A DNA stretch of 64,000 nt from Octopus sinensis (lineage: Eukaryota), in NCBI RefSeq assembly GCF_006345805.1, contig NC_043001.1:40486001-40550000 (forward strand). The letters run 5' to 3'. Shown here piece after piece: positions 1 to 12,276 of the stretch (positions are counted from its first letter, which is position 1; each line of letters starts with the position of its first letter). The notes below the pieces were generated by a model. It did no database searches, had not been told where the DNA came from, and saw only the letters and a list, made by a program, of their open reading frames with translations. The position numbers and the translations under genes are program-made.

Positions 1-779
1 TCTTATTATTGCTTAGTTATTTAAAACTTAACGGGTTGGTGGTGATGGTATTGGTTGTATGAGTTTTGGTGATGATAGTAGTAGTGATAGTGATATTAGA
101 GGTATTGTTGGTGGTGGCAACAGTCATTTTGATCTTGTTAATTGTATTGTCTGTATAGTTTTGTCTCAAGTCAATCCTTATTGACCTAAGATCAAATACA
201 TGTCATTCAACTTTTAAAATACACTAGGGTACTACATCATTTCATATGTTGCTTTATTTTTGTTCATACTATTGTTGCTATTGTTGGTTGGTTGGCTGGC
301 TGTTAATGTTAATGGCAATGGCTATAATGGTTTTGGTGTTGATGTTATGTTGGTTTTGGTGACAAAATCAGCTAAGAGTGGCCAGTGGCATTTATTTCAA
401 AAACAGACAACATACAACATAAATTCTTGATTTGTTAAAATGGTCCCTGCCTCTAGTGGATGTGTCATAATTACCAAATGGCTAATGAAACTAGCTCTAT
501 ATAAGAAGGGGAGATAGTCTCAATGATCAGGTATTCTCCAAAGTTGACATCCCATCCAGGAAAAAGACAAGCTTACTGTTTGGAGATAAGAGAACACATG
601 TTTCTGCCTCAATAGGCATTATCAACATGATGATCGTCTCACCTTCTGTCCAGTAGCCAAGGAACTTCTTAGACTAGGACAAAAAGAGTAGAACATATCT
701 TCAGCTTAGGTAATTTGCATAATTGAAGCAAAACTGAGACCAAAGAAATAACTCAGAGTAGCCAATGACATGTATTTGA

Positions 780-920
780 ACAACATAGACAGACTGGTAG
801 GGAGAAAGATAGATAGATAGATAGATAGACAGAAAGACAGACAGAGAAACAGAGACAGACAAAACTAGATAGCTAGATAGATAGAAAGATAGGAGATAGA
901 CAGATAGATAGACACAAGGA
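780..920. repeat. (GATA/GACA)n microsatellite
   Basis: Direct reading. Confidence 0.9.
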
Positions 921-1259
921 AATATACTCAAACACATACACAATTATTCACACTGAAAATTCCATTTCATGCTTCATGTTTATAGTCATGCATATACAAA
1001 CATTTACACACACATACAAGCAGGCCTGGTAGGGTTGCTGGTTTAGTCATGGATGACATGACCATGCACCAGGTTTTCCTGGAATACATGTTACTAAAAT
1101 TGACTGATGAAGGAAAGCAAAGCAAAACTTCAAAAAGTCACAGTCAGCCTTTTCCTTGAAAAAGTTTAATAAACACGTACTCTACAAAAAGCATTGAGTA
1201 ATCTTTCAGTTTAATGTTAAATTGTTTATATACATATAACTTGACATAAAAACAAATAC

Positions 1260-1550
<291 letters not shown>

Positions 1551-2164
1551 ACATATTTATGGATTTGTGTACGTGTGTGTAGGTTGTGATAGATATTGTT
1601 ATTATTTGCAAATATCTATATTTAATATATGCCCCAATTTGACGATGGATATGTGTCTGAGTTTCAGATTCATTATGAGAATCTTTAGAAGAAATTTTCA
1701 TAAATAATTATTTACCTTGTAATCGTTTCTTCCTTCAAACAAATTTGATCTGGTGAAAAAATACACAATAAAATACTGAAAAATTTGGTTTCAAATCCAA
1801 CAAAATTCCTTCATAATTTGATTAGTTTCATTAAGGTGAAAAAAGAAACATGTTAAAATCTGATTTTGTTGACTATTCATAAATCCAGCCTATAAATCCT
1901 GTTATCAAACTGACTTTTTTTTTACACAACAGAATTGTTTTTGTATAGAAGCTGCTAATAAATCACTGAGTAGGTATGCCAATGTATAACTATATATGCT
2001 CTTTTAAACTTTGATAACACAATTTCTGTTGACAAAAATCAACCAATGAGGAGATAGGTAATGAATATAAATGATCCCAAAATCATGCTTGATCCACCAC
2101 CAGCTCTCTATGCATCAGTATTATATTTTAATATGTGTTTGCAATATATGTGTGTTTGTATTAC

Positions 2165-2263
2165 ATATATATGTGTGTATATATATATATATAATATATA
2201 TATATATTGTATATATATATGTATATATTATATATATATAATTTCTCTCTCTCTCTCTCTCTC

Positions 2264-2305
<42 letters not shown>
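2165..2305. repeat. (TA)n/(CT)n microsatellite
   Basis: Direct reading. Confidence 0.95.
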
Positions 2306-2309
<4 letters not shown>

Positions 2310-2312
2310 CAT

Positions 2313-2408
2313 AGCCTGGTGCAGCCATCTGGTTTGCCAGCCTTCAGTCAAAATCGTCCAACCCATGCTAGAATGGAAAGCGGACGTTAAATGATGATGA
2401 TGATGATG
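2313..2408 (+). mobile_element. Short RTE-tail fragment with (GAT)n
   Basis: Same terminal ~90 bp as 20640-20733. Confidence 0.75.
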
Positions 2409-3145
2409 TATATATGTATATGTAAGGACATAAAAAATTATAAGGAACTTTAATAAGTACAAAGTAATAGTAATGTCACCTCCCCTCTCTTTCTATATAT
2501 ATTTACATGTGTTGTAGGTCATACACTCATTTTCTTCCTATTAGCTGCGTAGTGGCCCACTCCTCTTGCACATGTGCTTTCTGTCTTTTTTACTTACTCT
2601 TTCCCACCCTCCCCCTTTCTTACATATACATATACTGTCAATCCCAGTTTAGTTATATGACTTGTGTATAGGAAACAAATGTGCTGTACAGATATAAAGT
2701 AAATAAAAGAAAATAGTTGTTTAACTAGAGTAACTGGTTGAATAAATAACTATACACAAGTAGAATAGTGAAGCAATGTCGTGGGTGCTATGTCATTTGT
2801 AATCTTCATGTACAGCAACTGACATCATCTCACTGGAAAATGCCACACCCTATCTCAGATAAAACAACTTGTGAAGTAATTAAGCAGTTTCATTAGCCCA
2901 AAATAGAATGGTTTATTTGGTATGCATGTTGCTATGTGCAAGAATTTGACTGCTAAAATAAAATATCTTAAAGATAACTTATTTTTTTGAGAATGCTTTT
3001 CCTTCTTTCTAACAACAATAGAAACAGTTAGAAGTTTTACAGGAAGATTAAATTTCTGGTAATTTTTTCAGTTTTAAGATTTCTTTGAGTAGGTAAAATA
3101 TAATTGGCTCCATGTTTCCTGTTTCAGACACAAAGGAAGATTTAA

Positions 3146-3578
3146 CCCTTTCACAGTGAAATTAAATTCCATGGCTATTCTAGTAATGATATTAATTATT
3201 TAGCATTAAGATTATTCTTTCAAATGTAATATATATTTATACACATTCTTTTGAGTTTATCATGCATTATCTCATAGTTTCGAGATTTTGATTATGTGGT
3301 TATTTATTTTAAGAATAACATTTCAGATAGGTGTGAGAAGCTGGATCTGACCAGTTTGAACATAAGAAAGGTAGAATATATTTTTAAATGCTGAAGGGTT
3401 AAATATCTACCAAAAAATAGAATTGGTATTTTCTGCAAGTCACATTGTCTCAATAAACTCAACAGAAAATAGTTTCAAACATAATATTCCTAAGTAAAAT
3501 ATAGATTGGTATATAAAACTACTTTCCACAGTCAAAAGTAATTTTGAATGGATATATCTAATTTATGCAGTAAAAGGG
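3146..3578. mobile_element. Nested or compound piggyBac-type MITEs
   Basis: TTAACCCTTT at 3142; AAGGGTTAA ends at 3398 and 3578; inner part matches the reverse complement of the 44549 MITE. Confidence 0.55.
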
Positions 3579-3910
3579 TTAAAGTTAGTCCTGTGAACAA
3601 ACTGAACATTCATTGATTGTAAAATGAATTAAGGAAAATAATTCAAATTTGGATAATCAAGTGAAAGGGTTGATATACTGAATGCCACATGCAAAAAATT
3701 CTTAATTGAAAAACCTAGTGGCAATTGTTAGAGAGTTTCAGTGAAAGTGAAAGACAATTTCAAGAGATTAAGAATTTCTTGGATTATAGAAAAAAGAGAG
3801 TCTGATCTTTGTAAAGAAGGGGACAGCTGTGAAAATATTGCAGTATATTGCAGCTTACCAGCCCAAGCTTGTAATAGCTTAATAATAATAATAATAATAA
3901 TAATGATAAT

Positions 3911-4450
3911 GTCCTGATGCAGTACCAGGCAGTGGTTCTCGTGGCTTCTGATCTTAACTGATTAGAAGTGTTATCATGTGCATTGTTTTGTCTTGGTACA
4001 GCAAATATTCTGCTCAATACCACAGATTTGCTATTCAGTTTTTTTACCTTAACCAGTTGAGCATGTCCCTTGGTGGCTGATGATATGTGCATCTCTGATC
4101 ACGAGTAGAAATAGTGGGGGAGCATCATAGCCATATGTTGAACGGGATTCTTTGGGGTTTGAATAATTCACCTCTGGAAACATGGGTGTTTCGTTCAACA
4201 TCCTTAAACAGCCCTTGTTCAGGGACCTTTTGAGTGGGATGGGTTACTTGACCAGAAGAAAATTTTAACTGGGCCCCACCTGCAAGGTCATGTGCTGTTT
4301 ATCTTGATATGAGATCACCATGTCACGCACATATGATTGTGATGCATGTGTCTGGTGTACCCTTATCAGATGGGTGGTCACAATGGGTATACTGGGCTTT
4401 GTATATTTTACCCCAGTGTCACTTTGATGGCATGCACTGCTCTCTCACTC

Positions 4451-4511
<61 letters not shown>

Positions 4512-4667
4512 GTCCTGATGCAGTGCCAGGTAGTGGCTCTCAAGGCTTCTGATCTTAACTGATTGGAAGTGTTATCATGTATATTGTTTTGTCTTGGTAT
4601 AAAAGATGGGCTACAGCAAATACTCTGCTCAATACCACAGATTTGCTTGACCATAACCAGTTGAGCA
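3911..4667 (-). mobile_element. ~540-bp element embedded in (AAT)n plus a tandem truncated copy
   Basis: Unit 3911-4450 flanked by (AAT)n at 3880-3910 and 4451-4508; 4512-4667 repeats the first ~150 bp. Confidence 0.75.
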
Positions 4668-5369
4668 GAGTGGACTATAATAATAACTGTTATAATTTAA
4701 TTATACATAGTCTGATATAATGTTTTGGAATATAAAAAATTCCTTCATCAGATATTACTGGGAATTGATCAAGTCACTGCTATAATTGATTTTCCAACGG
4801 TTACTGAAATTTTTTTTCAGAAGCGTCTCTACAGTGGTCTCACAAAGCTCCTTCTGGAATTCCTCATGAGAAGTGCTTGAGAGCAGCCATGTATTTATTC
4901 ATGAACATTTACAAAAATTTATCATTGAATTTCTTTCAATTGAAGTGTACAAATATATGTGTTTGTGAGGCAATATATATGCTTGTGAAAATGTTTATTG
5001 TGATAGGTTGGATGACTTGCCACTTAGTAGTATCCAGTTATTTTTATAGTTTTGGTCATAGCTGGTTGTGTTTCACTTAATATGAGGTAACTGGCCTTTG
5101 TTTCTTCAGCTAAGAGCCAATGAGCCAAAGTGTGATCTTTCCCATTTCTGTGGCTCTGTCAGAAAGTCAGAATGATCTCTCTGTCTACTTATATTGTGAA
5201 GTTAAGCAGATAATTTAATAAGACAGCAGTTAGAAAGGTCAAACAGAATTTTTGAAAATGAGTTTTGTGTCTCTAATTAGTAGAATACAAGTTTAGTAGA
5301 TAAAATCATGGCAAGGTTTCCCATTACAAACTCACTCCTCAAAAGTATTGGAAATAGAATATTAGAAAG

Positions 5370-6330
5370 TCCTAAGCCTCCTCCAATTCATCATTGTCTT
5401 ACAGGACATCACATAGGAATTTAAGAGCAGCTGTCCATGTGACCTCCTATACGTTGATGATCTAATTTTTATAACTGAATCTGTAGTATGATTAGAGAAG
5501 AAACTTCTGGCATGGAGGCAAAACCTAGAATAAAAAATCTCGAGGTCAACTTAGCAAAGAGTAAGGTGTTAGAAAGTAGGGAAGAGGAAAGGATGCCAGT
5601 AATATCAGGGAAATGGCCTTGCTCTATATGCAGATAAAGAGTAAGTAGGAATTGTTTGCTGTACCCAGTGTAACCTTTGGACATGTGAGTAGTGGATGAA
5701 ATCAGAGGTAGGCATTCAGAGAAAGCAAGATATGCATGTGGTAGATGCACTGGAGTAATATGTACTAGGCGTACACTGAAGTAAACTCTTAACTTCTTAG
5801 CTGGCTTACCAGGAGTAGCTTTTACTACTGATATGATCTTATTAGCAGTGGAGGTGGTTGTTCAGAAAGTATAGTAGCTAGGGTAAGAGCAGGTTGGAAA
5901 AGCAATCAGGGAGCTATTACCTCTGCTGGCTACAAATGATTTCTCTCTTAGAGAGACATGGACCTTAAATGCAGAAAATTTGTAAAGACTAAAGAGAAAT
6001 GAGGCAAGCATGCTCCAGTGGATGTGTAATGTCATGTGCATGAATGCAAGAGTACTGTGTGTGGCTGAGAAAAAAATTGGGTATAAGAGAAATCAAGAAA
6101 GAAGACTGTCCTGGTGTGATGTGTATGGAGGATGACTCTGCATAAGGAAGTGATGAGTACTCCAAGTTAGAGTAACCTGTGGAAAAGAAAGACCAAGAAA
6201 GACTTGGAATGGTGTGGTGAAGATACTGTACTTCACATAAGAGATAAGAAAGGATTGTACTGATTGGTGATACATTGTACTGAAGTAGACTCAACCATCC
6301 ATGGTAAAATATACCTTGACACAAGAGTAG
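5370..6330 (+). mobile_element. RTE-type LINE, decayed 3' part of ORF (RT, C-rich finger), followed by a CT-rich tail to about 6800
   Basis: FIIVLQ...LLYVDDL (YADD box), VNLAKSKVL...SGKWPC; homologous to the copies at 39.6, 54 and 61.5 kb. Confidence 0.8.
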
Positions 6331-9300
6331 TGTTTTGTACCCTGCAAAACCTACATTTGTTTCCCTTTCATCATGCATACTTGACTCTTATTTCTCATCT
6401 ACCCATTGCTTAAGCTTCTTTCACTCATAACTCTAATCACCCTACCATATGTACTGACCACATTATCTTCATCACTCTGACTCTCTTGCCCTTCATGAGG
6501 ATTGTCAGTAAGAGACTGCATCAGACCACCTTCATCTCCCTATCCAATACACTCTAACTTTGCTATTATCTACTGCCCATCACCACTCTCTCTCCTCTGG
6601 GCCACTTCTGTTGACACTCATCACCTAGTCTTGTCTTTATCTCATTACTCACCTTTACCTTTGTCCACCTCTGTTACTGTTAATCACTACACTCTTAACT
6701 CCACTCCAAATAACCCCACTTTGTTCTTCATACCACTTATTCTAGTCCTTTTAATATCATTGCTCTCTCTCACCTTCCTCTTCTCAGTAATCTGAGAAAA
6801 TATAAATTCCTTAGGCTATTGAGCACTCTTTATACTTACTCTTTTGTCACACTCCTTCCACCCACTCATTTCTTGCCTCTCTGCTATTGCTGCTGGCAGT
6901 AAATTAAGAAATATTGTCAGGAGTGAGTTAAATGCAAATCTTAAGTCTCCAAAGCATTCAATAGAAAACCCATTTTACTTCAGAGATAGGGGGAAGGAAA
7001 AGATTATGCAGCCAGGAATTTCCTGCATTTTCTTTATAATAAAAGATTTCAAAAGTCCTTTTGACATTCTATTATTTCTACTTTAAAATATAGATTTCTT
7101 GCATTGAAATTTATTCCACAGATTTGTATGAGGGTATATAGTTGGTTAAATTACTAGTGTATCAGCATAGCTATGTGGAAATTTCTGCACAGATGAGAAT
7201 CTTTTTAGTACCAGGGACAGCATCATCACTTAAGGTCCTCCTTCCATGCTGGCATGGATTAGATGGTTTGACAGGAACTGGCAAGTCAGAAGACTGCACC
7301 AAGCACTGCTGTCTATTTTGACATAGTTTCTATGGCAGGATGCCCTTTCTAACATCAGCTACTTAATAGGGTGTACTAAGTGCTTTTTATGTGACACCAG
7401 CAGCAGTGAAGTCACTAAGTAACTAGCAAGACAAAACCCCCTCAGTTATGGAGAGTAGTATTGAGGGACAGAAAAGATGTCTTGCATGAGAAGATAAACA
7501 TGGCTACATCGGATGGAAAGTGAGAGCAGAAAGAAAAATGGTGAATATGTAACCCCCAAGGTACAAGGAGGTGTATATAGTGAAGTGGACCAGAGATTGG
7601 AGAGGATGAGTTCACAAGATTTTATAAGGAGGATGGGAGTTAGAGGTGGGGCACTGGTTGATAGAGAGTGTATTAGGAGAATATGTCGTGGGGAAGGGAT
7701 TTAACAGGGACATATTGTGTGCAGGTATGAAGAGGAGCAAAGGAAATAGTGGTGGTGAGCATGGGTGGGTTGTGGGTGAGAGAGAGGTGGGCATGGACAT
7801 GGATTTTACTTAGCTTGATCTGTCTTCTTAAGCAACCCTGTTCATTATAGTTGATCAAGCCTTGAAAAACCCTATCTTTTTTTGTATCTTTAGAATTACA
7901 TTGTCTAATGTGTTTTTCCTTTCCTTGAGACAATTGGGTGATTTGAGGTAAATTTGGGTGTTGTATCTAGAAGTTCAAGTGACCATGAAGAAATTCTCTC
8001 ATTTGTTTTAACATCTAGTAGTTTGTGATGTGACAGTCCAGTTATGTTGTTTTTTCCATTGTCTGGTCCTATATAACACTAAATTCTGGTGATAGCTGCA
8101 GTTGAGGCAGTGTACAACAGTTTGGTATTAAGAAATAAGTGTTTGAAAGGTCTAATCTTTAAGACAGTTTTGTTTATAAAACTTTCCAATAAGCTATTTC
8201 TTTTATACTGCTAATGGTCTGGAAATTTGGTCAAAGTTCACTTTCCAATCTACACTAAAGAAAAATTAATTATGAAAATTGATATTAAAGTCATAAGAAC
8301 TGCTTTATTCAGTATTTATTTATTAAATGTACTTTTAAATGGTCATCACATACATGAAGTCAATAGTAAGACAGTTTTATTTGAAGAGAAAATGTTGTTA
8401 TGCTAAACACTACTGATTTCCAACATTGGCCAAATGAATAAATTGAACTAGTATAACTGCTATTACATTTGATAGACTCAGGATGGAAGAAAGTCTCAGT
8501 TGACTCAAACAGGATTTGAATTTAAAATACTGACAAAACTACATGCTGAAAACCAGATATTCAGAATGATTTTGATCTTAGAATAATTCTCAGAATTTTG
8601 GAGCCATCACCTACTTGGCTCTAAATACAATATTCATTTCTAGTGTCCTATGCCTAATAAAATAATCCTAAAAGTTTTGTTAGCAACAGTATAAAAGACA
8701 ATAACAATTGAAATTTCCAAGTGATAGCAACAAATCTTCACTCATAGCTCATCCCAGTAATTCCAATGCCTCCATTCCCATTATGAAATAACACTAACTT
8801 TAAGAACGACTACTGTAATGGGTCTTCTAACTTAAGTTTGATGGAAGATACAACTGCAATTGCTACTACCTTAACACATGGGAATGGGGGATACTTCATG
8901 TAATACACCGTGTTAAAATAATACCCTTTATGTTCTGAGTTCAAATCCTGCTGAAGTCAATGCTATCTTTCATCTAGATGGGAATGGGTCGATAAAATGA
9001 AGTACTACTGTAGGACATTTCTATGCAATAGAGTCGGAAACTAGCTAGAACAAAACCTTAATCTCTTAGATGAGTATGTTTTAAGCATCACAGATTGGTT
9101 TAAAATATATATTTTTTTATAAAACAACTAAAAACCTATTTGCTCCTCCTTCCTTTCTATAATTTTTCAGTTTTAATATGTTTTGAAATATTTTTTCTTT
9201 CAGATTCATGTTTTAAACGTGTGAGATTATGACTGTTTTAAATTTTATAATCTTTCAACATTTTTAATATTTCAAAATTTCCCCAAAGTTTTTGAATCGA

Positions 9301-9780
9301 AATTTGGATATGAAAATGTCGCGCACATGTTTGCGCATTTACTGTATTGTAACTGCTTTTAATTTTGGTTCCACAATGTATGGATTCAATAAATTAATAA
9401 CATTAAGAAAAATTTTAAACGAAGAGTAAAATAATGATCAGATGCAGAGGTACAGTCGATTGTCGACTACTAAAAGATAAAACGCAAAATATCGAATGGA
9501 TTTCAACGTAGACCGTGAAGGGAAGTAACTAAATATCGCTATTCTAACGTTTGATAAGTACCAATGAAAGAAACTATTGACCCTTAAGTCACTTTGTAAT
9601 TTCTGCAATATTTTTTATATTGATATATATGAATTTTATAGATATATATATATACTCAATATTTTGAGCTCTATCTTCCTCTTTGCATCACCAAAGATAG
9701 TCTAACATTTTCTATCGGAAGTATACGAAATGCTCAGAACGATCTGAGCATGCGTATTTCTGTACTTCACAAAATATTAT

Positions 9781-9853
9781 CCAATCATTGTGTCTGTAGT
9801 TCAGTTTAAATGGCGGGATAATCAAGTTGTTGGCACTTTCAGAAATTACCGAG
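9781..9853 (+). promoter_or_regulatory. Putative SMC4 core promoter and non-coding first exon
   Basis: Lies in a locally CpG-enriched stretch (about 9300-10500). CCAAT at 9781, TTTAAATGGCGGGA at 9805-9818, donor-like cgag|gtatat at 9853/9854. SMC4 ATG exon begins with an acceptor, so an upstream exon is implied. Confidence 0.5.
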
Positions 9854-10220
9854 GTATATTTTCGATTTACTTCTCTTTTATTTACAAAATTTGCATTGAT
9901 TTAGGACAAATCTTTGTTTCTTTATATATCGTGCCTTTTAAAAAAGTTAGTTATGAAATAAATGGATGTTGGATGTTTAAAGTGTAAAAACTTATGTTTG
10001 TATCTAATGATTGTCATTTTTTTTATAGGCGAGTATTACTCAGTTATAAAAAATTAAAAATATTATTTGTTTCTGTCAGTTTCTTTGCTTCTAATATTAT
10101 ATCCACTTTTATTTATGAACAATCGATTGTCTTCAATTTCTTTAAATATATCTCTGTAAACGGTTTGATTCCTATCGTGTACTTAGTTACGAAATCTTAA
10201 TTGTGCAGTTTGCATTATCT

Positions 10221-10392
10221 ATGCTTAGCGGCATTTCGTCCGTCTTTATATATATTTTTTCAAATTCCGTCGAGGTCAGCTTTGCCTTTCATCCTTTCGA
10301 AGTCGATAAAATAAATACCAGTTGAACACAGGGTCAATGTACTCGATTTATCCCCTCCCCCGAAATTGCTGGCTTGTGCCAAAATTTCAAAC
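10221..10392 (+). mobile_element. SINE family C (older copies at 22689-22860 and 48872-49070)
   Basis: Shared GCCTTTCATCCTTTCG..GTCGATAAAATAA.TACCAG core; CpGs intact in this copy. Confidence 0.75.
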
Positions 10393-12134
10393 TGGGCAAC
10401 AAAACAAAATTTGCTACCCAGTCAAATGATGCTGTACCAAACTAAATCGAGTACGCTGATTCCGAATCCGATCTCAGAATTGCTGCAGCACATCAGGATT
10501 TTGAGTTATACGCATAATTACATATATCAATACTATATTAGAATCGGGTTCAAAGCAAATACTTAATAGTAAATAGTAAATAAGAAGCACATATTTTTGG
10601 TATATCTCAGGTGCAGTCCTAGGAGGACGGAAATCACCTTTAAATCACCACAAATATTCGAGTGAAGCATGTGAGAGGGAAACTCAGTAATTAAATCCTT
10701 TCAGAATAAGTTTCTTCCATACCGACAACATGACCCACAGGAATGGAAGGTTTTCTTTAACATTATGTGACAACACAGCTTTGTTGTCCAGTGTTATTTA
10801 TGAAGATTGTATGTACAACAGTTTTGGTAAACTAAACTCGCATTCATTCCATATCAGGACATGTCTCATATGCATTTGATTATATAGGTACCTTAATTTA
10901 ACATATCAATGAAGGTGTCTACGTAGTCACTCAATTTACTAGATATAGCCAGATCACTTTTTAATTGTTTTAAAAAAACAAAACTTTTAGTGACATTTGG
11001 ATGAAGTAGTCTAAGATATCCTTGAAAAGACAGGATGGACACAGTCGTAATGCCTTATTAACACTTGATGAGCCACGTTTAAAGGCGGAGTGTAATTAGT
11101 TGCAGTAATCTTATCTTGAGGGCACTAATAATGCTACCAAAATGAAAATGTTACAAAAGAAATTGAAACCGATACAGTTAAATAAATCTTAATACCCACT
11201 TTGTTTCAACTCTCAGTTTTACTCTCACAACTTTCTGTCTTGTAAGTCACAAGGAGCTTATTTAAAAAAATGATCCTTTATTTTGAGGCTCTTTTGTATG
11301 GTGCTGAAGAAAAAGAAAACATTAACACATAAACCACTTTAACAATAATATTAATTTGACAGTATGAAAGGATCCAAAGAAAAATAACTGCAGTCTATCT
11401 ATTAAGTTTGCCAATGTCAACTGTTTTATTATTAATTGTTGAAAATGGACATGACTGCTCCAAGAAAAGAAACTGACAAAATAGTTGGTGAAAATGAAAT
11501 TAATGCTGTGTCCTGATTCTCTAAGAGAATGTTGTACTTGTTTTAATAATTTAATTGGATTGGTTATGTGATTGTATATAGAAATGAATAGAGTGAGTGA
11601 ATATCAGTGTCCTCTGCCATTGTTAAGTTTTAGGTTAATAGCTGTTTGGTCTTTGGGTATTGCAGAATGTTATGCTGACCAGTCTAATTGTCAAACAACA
11701 ATTGATATTGAACTTAACTTAACTTCATACCTGATTGTGTCTCTTTTGTCTCTGTTCAAGCTCTGCTTGTTGTTTGCTATTTTTTAAAGAGCTAACTTAA
11801 TCAAAACTCGATTGGTTTTCAATCAATAACTTCTGATTTGTCAGAAGTTTGCTGATGTCAATCAATGAATTTAAGGTGATCAAAGATGTTTTGCCAGTCA
11901 CCATTCCATTTTTTTGTCACATTGTCTGATGTAGCTTTTATACAATGCAGGGTGGGATGTGAGAGAGATTTGAGCACAATTTGTATATTTTTAGATGGAA
12001 GTTGAACAGACACATAGACTCTGTCATTGGATTGAAACAGATGAGTTTTGAAGAGATGACATTGTTTTGAACAATAACACTTTTGTTCTGTTTGATTGTT
12101 TTAAGATTTTCTTTTCTTTTATTTGTGATTCAGA

Positions 12135-12276
12135 ATGGTATCAAAACGTAGAAAACCTACAGCTGCTGCTGCTGCAAAGGAGCAAAAAGTTGATCAAGAG
12201 AATGAAATGGTTAATCAAGATGGAGCTGAATCTGTTCCTTTGATGACTCCTGTGACACACATCTTCAGACCAGAAG
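12135..12276 (+). CDS. SMC4: SMC4 coding exon 1 (MVSKRRKP...FRPE)
   Basis: Acceptor ttcag at 12133, ATG at 12135, donor gtatga; phase 1 joins exon 2. Confidence 0.85.

Noticed and set aside
4790-4900. Exon-like GC-richer stretch after ttttttcag
   Set aside because: No credible donor or partner exon. The - strand reading SHEEFQKELCE resembles piggyBac C-terminal debris.
10425-10500. Possible C/D snoRNA (ATGATGC...CTGA)
   Set aside because: Box C is imperfect and there is no terminal stem or recognisable guide.
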